From Candidatus Obscuribacteraceae bacterium (lineage in GTDB: Bacteria; Cyanobacteriota; Vampirovibrionia; Obscuribacterales; Obscuribacteraceae): DNA of 64,000 bases. The stretch is taken from positions 480,001 to 544,000 of the forward strand of contig JBGAHS010000006.1 in the NCBI GenBank assembly GCA_044226015.1, in the 5' to 3' direction. Every line of letters starts with the position of its first letter. Position 1 is the stretch's first letter. Positions 55,379 to 64,000 of the stretch are shown one piece after another. Under the pieces are notes generated by a model. That model ran no database searches. It was not told the DNA's origin and was given only the letters and a program-made list of their open reading frames with translations. Both the position numbers and the translations under genes were made by a program.

Positions 55379-55460
55379 TTATTATCATAGCAGGGATTCG
55401 GCTACGGTCCAGTGCTGTTAATGAATTGATAAGCCTAATTCGACTGACCTCTTCGAATTT

Positions 55461-55928
55461 TTGCAGGGACCACTCACCTTCGCACATGAGGGTTTTCATG
55501 CTACACATCAGACGCTAACGGAGCTGTTCATGAGGCAACAACCTGCTTCACTTCCCGAATTTTTGAGTGTAAAAGGCGATGCTGAGGTGGGCTCCTACGA
55601 GACCGAAGTAAGAGTCCACAGCGAACTCAAATCACCAGGTATTGTGTCCTATGAGTGGAACGATTCGAAAAACCACAAACAGCCAACAAAGGATCTTTGT
55701 GCTTTGTACAACGCTCAAGGAAAGGACGGGCTGAGCAAATTCATACTGTTCGATGCACATACCGACATGGATATTAATGGCAAAAAGGAAAGTTCAAATT
55801 ATCATCGCTACCATGAATCAAGATATGCAGACTACGTAAGCAATCACCCTGCAGCACGTCAAAGTATGGCTGACTGGTTAAAACGCGCTCCTTCAGTTCA
55901 GAAAAAAATTGAGCAAGGTAAATACTAG
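55461..55928 (+). CDS. Probably 5'-truncated HExxH metallopeptidase-like domain
   Basis: FAHEGFHA near the start plus downstream EVGSYETE; weak TTG start; in-frame stop at 55422. Confidence 0.45.
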   Translation: MQGPLTFAHEGFHATHQTLTELFMRQQPASLPEFLSVKGDAEVGSYETEVRVHSELKSPGIVSYEWNDSKNHKQPTKDLCALYNAQGKDGLSKFILFDAHTDMDINGKKESSNYHRYHESRYADYVSNHPAARQSMADWLKRAPSVQKKIEQGKY

Positions 55929-56311
55929 AGCCAACGTAATGAAGCTATTGAATATTCTTCAACTATCCCATTCTTAAACTTAATACGAAGCTCAATGCAA
56001 GAGATCTGTCCCGATTTCTTTGCTTTGCCGTTTGTTATCTTGTAGGTCAACTCATCAAGCTTTCTCTCAGCTCCTTTTCCGAATGCAGCACTAACTTGTT
56101 TTCTGCTCATTCCAATAAGCCGCGAAACGTTGCTAGACACTAGCCACCACCGAGCCTGATCATCCTTACCAGGAATTAGATCAGGCATGGGTGCACGGCC
56201 CTGAATTTCACCCAGATCCAAATCAGTGCCTTTAAGACCCTGTGCACCCACATTAGTCATCGAGCTGGAGGAGAAAGCCAATATAACAATCACATTTAGA
56301 AACTTGTTCAT
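55925..56311 (-). CDS. Small secreted hypothetical protein
   Basis: Signal peptide; LIGMSRKQV...FG and L.IKFKNG.V pattern reminiscent of SmpA/BamE-like small domains. Confidence 0.6.
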   Translation of the reverse strand: MNKFLNVIVILAFSSSSMTNVGAQGLKGTDLDLGEIQGRAPMPDLIPGKDDQARWWLVSSNVSRLIGMSRKQVSAAFGKGAERKLDELTYKITNGKAKKSGQISCIELRIKFKNGIVEEYSIASLRWL

Positions 56312-56639
56312 TTCTTAAACTCAAAGGGCTTATCTCAACCAGTATGACTGGCAGGGCATGTGAAGGTCAAGCTGGCTATGCTTGCGCAGCAAGGCAACAA
56401 CTGATCATGATTGTTTTTTGCGACTAATGTGAGTTGGACCTGCGACTCGGTTGTGTGAAACACCACCGGGGGCGGTGCATTTAAAAACTATGGTGTCTAA
56501 CGCAAGAAGCCGACCGCTTTTGATGCCAAGGCCAATCCAATATAGTCCCATTATTCGAACATCCGACCTGACTGTTCGTAGAAAGCGTTTTACAAGCGAA
56601 ATACTTATCTAAAGTTTCCGCTCGCTATATATTATTTTC

Positions 56640-56667
56640 TTTCGGGAGTAGCAGGCTAGTAGCATGT
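56640..56667 (+). repeat. 28-bp perfect direct repeat, copy 2 (putative integrase arm-type site)
   Basis: Identical to 52666-52693; 25 bp from the att core. Confidence 0.85.
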
Positions 56668-56693
56668 GACTTTAGCCCGATCCCGGAAAAACT

Positions 56694-56765
56694 TGGGCGG
56701 TGAGAGACTCGAACTCCCAACCCCCTCGGTGTAAACGAGGTGCTCCACCATTGAGCTAACCGCCC
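56694..56765 (-). tRNA. trnV: tRNA-Val(UAC), CCA not encoded
   Basis: gggcggt acceptor stem, TAGCTCAATGG D arm, cctcg-tTTACAc-cgagg anticodon arm with TAC, GTTCGAGTC T loop. Confidence 0.97.
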
Positions 56766-57003
56766 GGACGAAGAATCAGTTTAGCACGCCCTCTCAGCTC
56801 TATGCTCCTTCAGAAAAACAAAAGTAACAAAAGCAAAACGACCGTCTACAAAGGGATTCGCAGGACAGAACCAAATCCCCCTACCCTTTGCAACACCTGT
56901 AAAAATAAAATTTCCGATTAATGTCCTCTTTTTTTGACTTTTGCAGGCACTTTTCTGAAAAGGTGCCGTCCCCCCATCAGCTCATTGATCCGGAGGGACC
57001 ACG

Positions 57004-57351
57004 ATGAATGTTAAACAACAAGCTGCACTTTTGACGGGACTTGTCGCACTGGTAATCATCTGGCTGGTGCCACCATGGCAACATGTTGATTCTGAAGGAG
57101 CAGCGAAATCAATGGGTTACAGTCCACTCTGGAGTCCTCCAGTGAAGACGGAGTCTCAAGGCGCCAATATATTAGGGTTCAAACTAGAACTGCAAGAGTC
57201 AGAACAAGCAAACGCAATTGACTGGCAAACTCTCATAGGCGAGGGGGGTGTTGTGGTGCTAACCACGGCAGCTGCCATGGCTCTATGTGGAATGAAACGG
57301 AAGTCAATTTCTCAACAGAGAGAGCCGAGAGTAACAACACCAATAGCCTGA
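57004..57351 (+). CDS. Small membrane protein
   Basis: RBS GGAGG, two hydrophobic helices, PPW..GY.PLW.PP motif. Confidence 0.7.
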   Translation: MNVKQQAALLTGLVALVIIWLVPPWQHVDSEGAAKSMGYSPLWSPPVKTESQGANILGFKLELQESEQANAIDWQTLIGEGGVVVLTTAAAMALCGMKRKSISQQREPRVTTPIA

Positions 57352-57355
57352 CGGT

Positions 57356-58537
57356 TCAGGCAAAATGATGGGCGTCAAAATCCTCACCAAACCATTCTTT
57401 AATTTCGGCGTGTTCTGGATGAGATGGATTTTTCAGGATAGCTAGCTTTTCTGCATAAGCTCGAACACCACCACTGTCTTCTGGTGGACAAGCATTTTTT
57501 CCAGTTACACATTCAAAATAATCGATGGGATTATCTAGCCATTCTTCCATCTCGACTGTATGAATCCAGTTATCTCCAAAGTCATAACAGTACTCGAATT
57601 TATCCGACGGTTTCAAACTGAAATCGGAAAGGTTATATCTTGTTGCCTCAGTCTCAGAACTCTCGGAATTCTCGGAGAATGTACGCCCATTTATCTTGAA
57701 ACAATGAAGATGGCTGTTCTCCCACCCCATGGAGTTTTGAATCGTCTCGTGCAATTCAGGCAGCGAACAATCTCCCGGAACATGGATGCGACGCCACACC
57801 AGCGGTCGCGACCCCTTCAACGTCACTTTCAGTTGCAAACCGGGCGGCGATTGTTTCTTTATTTTCGCCTTCTTTGCTTTAACTTTAGTACTAGATTTTG
57901 CTTGACTTGAGGCTGGAACAATAGATAAATGTCCCTTTTCCAACGACACCGCATTCAGTGCTGCAATTTTCTTGCCTTTGGAACTGCTAGTCTGCAAAGC
58001 CCTAATTACCTCAGAAATTTTCTCTGAAGCTTCAGGAATGATATCGGAAAGGTGGAAATGCATCTTTCGAAGTTTGCTTAGCTGCTTCATTTCCAAGGGT
58101 GACAATCTCATTTGAGATAGCTGCGCAAACTCTGCTACATAGAGGTCTAACACATCCTCACCGGATACGAACATGTCATAAAGATCGAGAAGTTCCTGAA
58201 TCTCCAACTGCTCCATCGGCAACGAACGCATCAAGAAGAACGCTGCATCGGTAACCTCACGCATTGTTGTGAGTTCTTCATCGGCAGCTCTGATTCGGCT
58301 TTGAGGAGAATATTTTTCCTTACTCGATTTGCTTATTTCAGTAACATTTATCGAGACTTCCGGTACTGAGACATTCGTTCCACCAATCAAACACAGGTGA
58401 CCTTTCCTTCTCATGCTTACCTCAAAAACGTCTGGCTCTCTCTCAGGATACCCAGAACCGAACGACAAGACTAGATCAGCCTTTCCGCTTTTATTTCGAG
58501 CGCATATGCATGGAACATAGAAAGAGGAATAAATCAA
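57356..58537 (-). CDS. Plasmid pRiA4b ORF-3 family protein (C-terminal domain) with extra N-terminal region
   Basis: LKVTL....P.VWRRI.VP, LH..IQ..MGW.NSHLH.F, YDFGDNW.H, CPPEDSGG; start uncertain. Confidence 0.85.
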   Translation of the reverse strand: MIYSSFYVPCICARNKSGKADLVLSFGSGYPEREPDVFEVSMRRKGHLCLIGGTNVSVPEVSINVTEISKSSKEKYSPQSRIRAADEELTTMREVTDAAFFLMRSLPMEQLEIQELLDLYDMFVSGEDVLDLYVAEFAQLSQMRLSPLEMKQLSKLRKMHFHLSDIIPEASEKISEVIRALQTSSSKGKKIAALNAVSLEKGHLSIVPASSQAKSSTKVKAKKAKIKKQSPPGLQLKVTLKGSRPLVWRRIHVPGDCSLPELHETIQNSMGWENSHLHCFKINGRTFSENSESSETEATRYNLSDFSLKPSDKFEYCYDFGDNWIHTVEMEEWLDNPIDYFECVTGKNACPPEDSGGVRAYAEKLAILKNPSHPEHAEIKEWFGEDFDAHHFA

Positions 58538-58996
58538 GTTTAAGAAATGAGCTAATACTGAATGTGGTGCAGAGAATGAAGATGCCTTGCTCTATTTCAC
58601 TCATACGAAATGCGCAGAGTGGATATACAACGCTTAAGCACCGAAAAGCCGAGGAGTATCCATCTGGCAACTCATCGGACAAACCTAGCTACTTGTACGG
58701 GGCTGAAAGGTCAAAAATTGGAGGAGCTTCGAAGCTTGAGGGAACGTGCAACAGAAGAAAGGCAACTGTCGAGGCGAGTGCCAACAAGATGAAGGCGTGA
58801 CAAATGCGCAAGTCTAACCTGTTTAACATTTGAGCTCCGAAACTCCCGTGTATTCTCAACGGCTCCCTTCCAAAAATTAGGAGAGCCGATAGAGAATTGA
58901 TGAAAGTTCCCATTTCGAGGTCAATTTTGAAACAAATCGGACCTTGTAATTTTTCAGGATATTGCGTTTACTACCGAGAACCTGAAAGGAGTAACA

Positions 58997-59449
58997 ATGA
59001 CCGTCATCAAAATCGCTGTAGGTATCCTGTTAACATTGAGCACTATCAGCAGTGCTCTGGCAAAAGAATTTAGGGACCTTGCCTTCGAAAAGAAGAGTAT
59101 GCAATGGATGCTTCAAACAAAACAAGCATCAGATGCAGAGAAAGAAGGAAGGCTCGACGAGGCAGAAAAAATCTACAAAACAATCATCTCTGACCGAATT
59201 AATTACCACCTCGACCTTTCCCAAGAACGCGGTTATCTGGCGCAGATTTACTCAAAAGAAGGTAAAACCAAAGACGCAGAGGCGCTGCTCCTAATTAACA
59301 TCAGCCAGAGAGAATCAGAAGACGGCAAGAAGGGATTTACTCTCGTTTATCCACTAAATGAGTATGCCGATTTTCTGGAAAAGACGGGACGAGTGGAAGA
59401 GGCGAAAACTCAACGTCAACGAGCAAACCAAATTGAGAAGGGCTCTTAA
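58997..59449 (+). CDS. Secreted TPR protein
   Basis: RBS AGGAG, signal peptide, GRLDEAE, LAQIY..EGK..DAE. Confidence 0.75.
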   Translation: MTVIKIAVGILLTLSTISSALAKEFRDLAFEKKSMQWMLQTKQASDAEKEGRLDEAEKIYKTIISDRINYHLDLSQERGYLAQIYSKEGKTKDAEALLLINISQRESEDGKKGFTLVYPLNEYADFLEKTGRVEEAKTQRQRANQIEKGS

Positions 59450-59564
59450 AAAGAAAGCTCCCAGAGAAAAGATCGCGCAGAAGCTAGAGGCAAAATAGCA
59501 GCAGCATGTTTTCAGGATTAAACAAATAGCTTAAGCTAGGAGAACAAAAGCTCTCAGGTTGCCT

Positions 59565-60011
59565 ATGCCTACATTTATCCTTCCGATTGGTCCATGGCTT
59601 TCCTTGTTAGGAAAGTTGATCGAGTCAGGACGAAGAAAACTAACACGAGATTCGCGCCATCCGGATTTAAAATCCGAAGCTCCGTCGATTGGCTTTTCCG
59701 AACGAGAAAATTTGCCTTTACCAGAGAACGCGACTGTCTCGGAATTGGAAAAATTGATAGAGACTGGCGAATTTAGACAAGCTAAAGAACTGCTCATAAA
59801 CGAGTGGACTAACTCCCCCGAATTTGGTGACAAGGAACTGAGGCTTAATCGATTGAAAGAGGGTTTCATCAAGCTGTATATAGCAAAAGGGCAAGCAAAG
59901 CGAGCCGAACGGATATCTCAAATGCCCACGCTGATGTTAGATCAAGAGGTGAAGTGGATTGTTACACACCCCGATCTTGAAATCGCTGGAATAATTGAAG
60001 AAGCTGATTAA
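59565..60011 (+). CDS. Hypothetical protein
   Basis: ORF with TPR-like helices; start uncertain. Confidence 0.4.
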   Translation: MPTFILPIGPWLSLLGKLIESGRRKLTRDSRHPDLKSEAPSIGFSERENLPLPENATVSELEKLIETGEFRQAKELLINEWTNSPEFGDKELRLNRLKEGFIKLYIAKGQAKRAERISQMPTLMLDQEVKWIVTHPDLEIAGIIEEAD

Positions 60012-61221
60012 AAGGCTGAAATTGAAGATGAGACTTAGTGCAGAATTCTCGAAACTTTCAGTCAGCTTGATAGAATTACTTAATCACAGTTTCTTGCGGT
60101 GCGCGATTTTGAAGTTCCGAACATATTCGATTTGCTGCATGATTACCATCGGCATTTGCGCACTCGTGAGTCCAGTAACGGCTAGCAGCCGAATTAACCT
60201 CAAATTCTCTCCGGTAGACAATAGTACCGTTGGTGATACCAATCACCGGACTGCAATAAAGAAAGTACTTTCCTCAGAATTGCCCGATCCATCACAAGCC
60301 TCACTGAACGAAGTTTTGGCTAAAACCAATCGCATCAGAGTCTTTGATGGCGGAGCGTCAAAGGGCAAGCTTCTTTCAAAGAAAGTCCTACTGGATAGTA
60401 CCGACAGTGAAGTCATCGGTGCTCTCTCGAAAGCTCTAGAAATTGACGAAGAGTCACCATGCCAAGAGATGTCTATAGGTGGACCAAGCATCGAGCTGAT
60501 GCATGACAAGAAGCGACTTGCGCTAATAGTTTACCAGCACGGCGGCAACGCCATTCGCTGGGAAACTAATTGGCACCTTGACGCAACGCTCCATTACAGC
60601 AGGCAGTTAGTAGATTGGTTCGCAGACGCCGGCATAGAAGGTCCGAAAGTTGCCGTCGAAAAAGAACTCCAGGAAAAGCGTCGAACAGCTGCCGATCTGC
60701 AGAAGTGGCTTATGTCGATGCCCTCTTGCCTTAGACCAAACATTGGAATGATTGTCGTTCCAGGCATGACAGATCTGCTGATTTATTCGCCGCTTCCTGT
60801 CAAAAAGCTGCCGAGCACCGTGGTTCCTATCACTGCGAACGAACGCCTCAAACAAATTATGTCTGATTTGGATGGCGAATTCAGTGACCCTCATGTCAAA
60901 ATACTTGCTTTGCTTCAGTGGTATGCGTCCGGAGTTGGCGTTTGGACAGGCTTCCCCTGCTACGAGGAATTACCCGCAGAGCTTCTGCTCACGCTTCCCA
61001 CACAGACTATTGTTGAAGCACTTCACATGAAGGCTGTATCTGAGCCGGAAATCGAAGGAGCTGCCCGCTACTTTGCATCGCACTTATTCCGGGTTTCAAA
61101 GCCGCAGGATCTGAAGCTTCTCGATCAACAGCTTAGAACCCGATTGCTCGAACACTGCATGAAGTCTGAAGATCAGGACAAAAGATATCGTGCAGAATGT
61201 GCGTTCAATTTGGCGAACTAG
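59995..61221 (+). CDS. Hypothetical protein, probably secreted (true start likely downstream, near MITIG)
   Basis: 408-aa ORF; no recognised family. Confidence 0.6.
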   Translation: MKKLIKRLKLKMRLSAEFSKLSVSLIELLNHSFLRCAILKFRTYSICCMITIGICALVSPVTASSRINLKFSPVDNSTVGDTNHRTAIKKVLSSELPDPSQASLNEVLAKTNRIRVFDGGASKGKLLSKKVLLDSTDSEVIGALSKALEIDEESPCQEMSIGGPSIELMHDKKRLALIVYQHGGNAIRWETNWHLDATLHYSRQLVDWFADAGIEGPKVAVEKELQEKRRTAADLQKWLMSMPSCLRPNIGMIVVPGMTDLLIYSPLPVKKLPSTVVPITANERLKQIMSDLDGEFSDPHVKILALLQWYASGVGVWTGFPCYEELPAELLLTLPTQTIVEALHMKAVSEPEIEGAARYFASHLFRVSKPQDLKLLDQQLRTRLLEHCMKSEDQDKRYRAECAFNLAN

Positions 61222-61266
61222 CGATATGCTAGAATCCCAAATAGTCTAATAAAGGTTCGGCGAGCA

Positions 61267-61719
61267 ATGGCGGCACACTCCCACGATCATAAACACGATC
61301 ACGAGCGAAACAATAAGTCGCTCAAGCGCTCAGGACTAACAAAAGGCGCAAAGGTCGTGCTCGATGTTCTAGAAGAGTCCCAGGAACTGGCAAGTGCCCA
61401 GGATATTTATGGGCAACTTAGATCAGGTGGGGGCGATAAAGCGCCTGGACTGACAACGGTTTACAGAGCACTTGACTCTCTTGTTGAGAAAGGTTATGTC
61501 CAGGCGGTCGACCTCGGTGATGGTGAAAAGCGTTATGAGGTGGTAGCCCCTGGCGAACATCACCATCACTTAGTCTGTGAGACTTGTGGACAGAGCAATC
61601 ATCTAGATCAGTGCGTGGTTGAAGAAATTGAAGATACCATTCGCGCTAAATACGGTTTCAAAATAAAATCGCACGTGCTTGAGATTTTTGGGGTCTGCTC
61701 AAACTGCAACAAAGAATAA
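61267..61719 (+). CDS. Fur family transcriptional regulator (Zur-like)
   Basis: SAQDIY, GLTTVYRAL, HHHHLVCETCG, C-terminal CSNC; His-rich N-terminus. Confidence 0.92.
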   Translation: MAAHSHDHKHDHERNNKSLKRSGLTKGAKVVLDVLEESQELASAQDIYGQLRSGGGDKAPGLTTVYRALDSLVEKGYVQAVDLGDGEKRYEVVAPGEHHHHLVCETCGQSNHLDQCVVEEIEDTIRAKYGFKIKSHVLEIFGVCSNCNKE

Positions 61720-61744
61720 AGAGAGGCATTTTTGCCCCTCTTTA
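61717..61744. terminator. Bidirectional terminator between convergent genes
   Basis: taaagag-a-ggca / tgcc-c-ctcttta inverted repeat. Confidence 0.55.
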
Positions 61745-61764
61745 CCTTTCAGGAATGCAGGAGT

Positions 61765-63627
61765 CTAGCGTCCCGAAAAAACGTTGTAATCAAAGGTGAA
61801 TTCGATATCCACATTTTCAGGTGCGCCCGGAGGCAGTGCGGCGAAGGGGCTTGCGTTTTGAACAGCGTTTAGCGCAGCCTGATCGGCAACAGCATTGTGA
61901 GATGGAGCGCTCAATCGAAGGTTACTCATTTGCCCATCGGAATGAATCTTGAACATTACCTTGATTCTCAAAGACTGAGTGTCTTTGGCGGGAAACCAGC
62001 TTCTCTTTATTCGTCGTTGCAAATCACTCATGTACTTAGTGAAATCAACGTTGACCACACAATGCGGTGAATCGAAATCTCCTTTCTTTCCGTCAAGATT
62101 AAGATCCTTATTGCTGCTTCCGGAAGTTTCAGAACCAGCACTCGGAATTATCGAGATAGGTCCATAAGATTCACCAGAAACTCCTGGACCGCGGCGTCCA
62201 GCTCGGACAGGGGCAGGTCCATCGTCAGCGCCAGAATGGGTTCCATGCTTCCCTCCCGTGTTTCGTCCCATTTCCTGAGGTACAGGCGCTGAGCCAATGC
62301 CAGAACCCGGATGACCGGTTGGTATCATCAATGGTGCCGGTGCGCCAATAGATGGACCAGAATTGCTGCCTGATATTCCAGCAGGAGCTTTTAAGGGAGA
62401 GAACACAGATTTACTTCCTCCACCCAAAATCGGCATTGTTGCTCCTGGAAGTTGCAGTGCTTGCGCAGCCCGCGCGGGAGCTGAACCAGACGCCGGCATC
62501 ACAGCAGAATTGCTTGCATGAGGCAGTCCAGTCGGCATCATTGCAGAAGGCAATGCAGCTAGAGCAGTTGAGCTAGCATGCGATTCAATCGGTCTCAACT
62601 GCGATATTCCCATAATGGCAGATGCCACCTTAGGCGCAGGCGTCATCGTAACGCTTGCCGAGCTAGTACCAGCGACCGTCGGGTTTATCGGATTTGGCAT
62701 CACTGCTGCAGCGCTCACATTTCTCGGCATCACTGGAATTAGTCTCGGAGCAGTGCTTGCAGCACTGGACATAGATGCCGCTACCGTTTTTGGAGTTAAA
62801 AATGCTGAAGATGATGATTTAGAAGAAGATGCTGAAGTTGATGCTGAAGAAGATGAGGAGGAGGAGGAGGAGGAAGAGGAAGAGGAAGAGGAGGAGGAAG
62901 AGGAAGACGCTGATGATGACACGGTTCTCGACTGAGTGGAAGACGGCTTTAGCTCAGCCTTTGGAGGTACCTTATTGATCGGTTTTGTAGGATCAACCTT
63001 ATGAGTTGTGGTGGCAGTGTGAGACACATTTGAAACAATGTGCTTCTCAGTAGCATGCTCGCTGGGTCTTTTTACCGAAGTAAAAAACTCAATTTCAGTA
63101 ATCTGCTTCGACAACGGTTTAGGTACAAAAAAGAATATTGCCATCACTGCAAGAGCAACAATAACGGATGCATGAATAATGTAGGAGCCACTTGCTGCCT
63201 CATCTAAGGGAATGACGGCATCAGCGTAGAGAGCTCTTCTCTTTTTGCGCATTGCCTGGTCATATGCGTCTCGTACGGCATAGCCAACAAATAATGCCAC
63301 CATTGCAAGAATAACAAGTGAGATTGGACTTCCAATGTGCATGTTTTGGATAGCAGAAAGAACTCCACTATTTGCTTTCATGCCATACTGCTCACTAAAT
63401 GTTTTCATTGCTTGAACCATATTTGGTGCGAGCAATGAAACAGATAAAAGGACGTAGTTGATTACAGCCACATCAAGAAATAGAAATCCCTTACGAGATT
63501 CACCGTTGTAAAACTGACCTAGCCCAGGAATGACCGACAAAGTAGCAGCCATCAATGGGTCTTTAACTTCACCAGAATGAGCAAAACTGCTGATTGCCAT
63601 ATTGCAAGCCCTGTTAGATAACGACAC
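61765..63627 (-). CDS. Membrane-anchored TonB family protein with long Ser/Pro/Gly linker
   Basis: N-terminal LS.IPGLGQFYNG membrane motif, several TMs, poly-Ser, C-terminal YM.DLQRRIKR.W...D.AAL.AV..A.PF..LP...IEFTFDYN. Confidence 0.85.
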   Translation of the reverse strand: MSLSNRACNMAISSFAHSGEVKDPLMAATLSVIPGLGQFYNGESRKGFLFLDVAVINYVLLSVSLLAPNMVQAMKTFSEQYGMKANSGVLSAIQNMHIGSPISLVILAMVALFVGYAVRDAYDQAMRKKRRALYADAVIPLDEAASGSYIIHASVIVALAVMAIFFFVPKPLSKQITEIEFFTSVKRPSEHATEKHIVSNVSHTATTTHKVDPTKPINKVPPKAELKPSSTQSRTVSSSASSSSSSSSSSSSSSSSSSSSSASTSASSSKSSSSAFLTPKTVAASMSSAASTAPRLIPVMPRNVSAAAVMPNPINPTVAGTSSASVTMTPAPKVASAIMGISQLRPIESHASSTALAALPSAMMPTGLPHASNSAVMPASGSAPARAAQALQLPGATMPILGGGSKSVFSPLKAPAGISGSNSGPSIGAPAPLMIPTGHPGSGIGSAPVPQEMGRNTGGKHGTHSGADDGPAPVRAGRRGPGVSGESYGPISIIPSAGSETSGSSNKDLNLDGKKGDFDSPHCVVNVDFTKYMSDLQRRIKRSWFPAKDTQSLRIKVMFKIHSDGQMSNLRLSAPSHNAVADQAALNAVQNASPFAALPPGAPENVDIEFTFDYNVFSGR

Positions 63628-63759
63628 TTAACAACTCTACAAAAACCTGAGCCACTCTCACAGGACAAGAAAGAGTGCTTGCTATCAGTGAAAATCCTAG
63701 ATGCCACAAAGGAGATTTGCCGATGTCAGCGTATTGTATTTGTAGAGGATGCATCAGCG

Positions 63760-63807
63760 AAAATAAGAAAGCGCCTCGCAAATCTGGGGATTTCGCGAGG
63801 CGCTTTC
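63760..63807 (-). terminator. Intrinsic terminator of a minus-strand gene entering from beyond the window
   Basis: gaaagcgcctcgc-aaatc / gattt-c-gcgaggcgctttc long stem, T-rich on the minus strand. Confidence 0.7.
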
Positions 63808-64000
63808 AGGATCGGGTTGATTGGGCTGGTGATTTGATACTACATATTGATTGTGCAATTTTGGTACCCTAGCTTCCATTAATCTGAAACGTTCAGCCCA
63901 GCGTATGGTCCGGTTCTTGCAGTAGCATCGGCACTAGAAGCCTTTTTAGACAACTCGTTGTCGCAAGTCTTACACTTCTGCAGAACCATACAAACATCAA

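Larger units (their letters stand above)
52488..56740. mobile_element. tRNA-Val-integrated genomic island (~4.25 kb, degenerate)
   Basis: 48-bp direct repeat of the tRNA 3' portion at 52488-52535 and 56693-56740 (2 mismatches), integrase next to one end, accessory cargo. Confidence 0.9.

Noticed and set aside
55103..55518. ORFs 55103-55390 +, 55185-55508 -, 55234-55518 +
   Set aside because: No RBS or recognisable protein features; they run through a terminator and the structured RNA region.
58491..58913. Several short overlapping ORFs
   Set aside because: No recognisable features; mutually overlapping.
62615..62935. Poly-Glu plus-strand ORF
   Set aside because: Antisense shadow of the poly-Ser linker of the TonB gene.
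63879..64000. Possible 3' end of a minus-strand gene (...DATARTGPYAGLNVSD*)
   Set aside because: Plausible given the downstream terminator but too short to identify.

Overview
Bacterial chromosomal window, densely coding on both strands. The repertoire (several Hanks-type Ser/Thr kinases, many secreted TPR proteins, TonB-C proteins, TadE-like pseudopilins, an RRM protein, no photosynthesis genes) suggests a non-photosynthetic cyanobacterial relative such as Vampirovibrionia/Obscuribacterales; this is inference only. Most of the window is housekeeping or lineage-specific accessory genes: gdhA, bglX, pilT, dcp, hrpB, an Mre11/Rad50-like pair, a PAS histidine kinase and a Fur/Zur regulator. Two loci stand out. 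(1) A ~4.25 kb island (52488-56740) is integrated into tRNA-Val(UAC). It has a 48-bp att duplication, a perfect 28-bp internal direct repeat near both ends, and a doubly frameshifted tyrosine integrase. Its cargo includes a DUF3800 (RNase H-like) gene followed tail-to-tail by an apparent self-contained structured ncRNA with its own promoter and terminator, a candidate nuclease-RNA (toxin-antitoxin/defence) module. (2) A non-coding array of 11 ~20-bp units with a GGATCCRYCTTG core (about 21899-22117) lies directly upstream of the promoter of an orphan, apparently leaderless DNA adenine methyltransferase. All calls come from motif recognition by eye; no searches were run.
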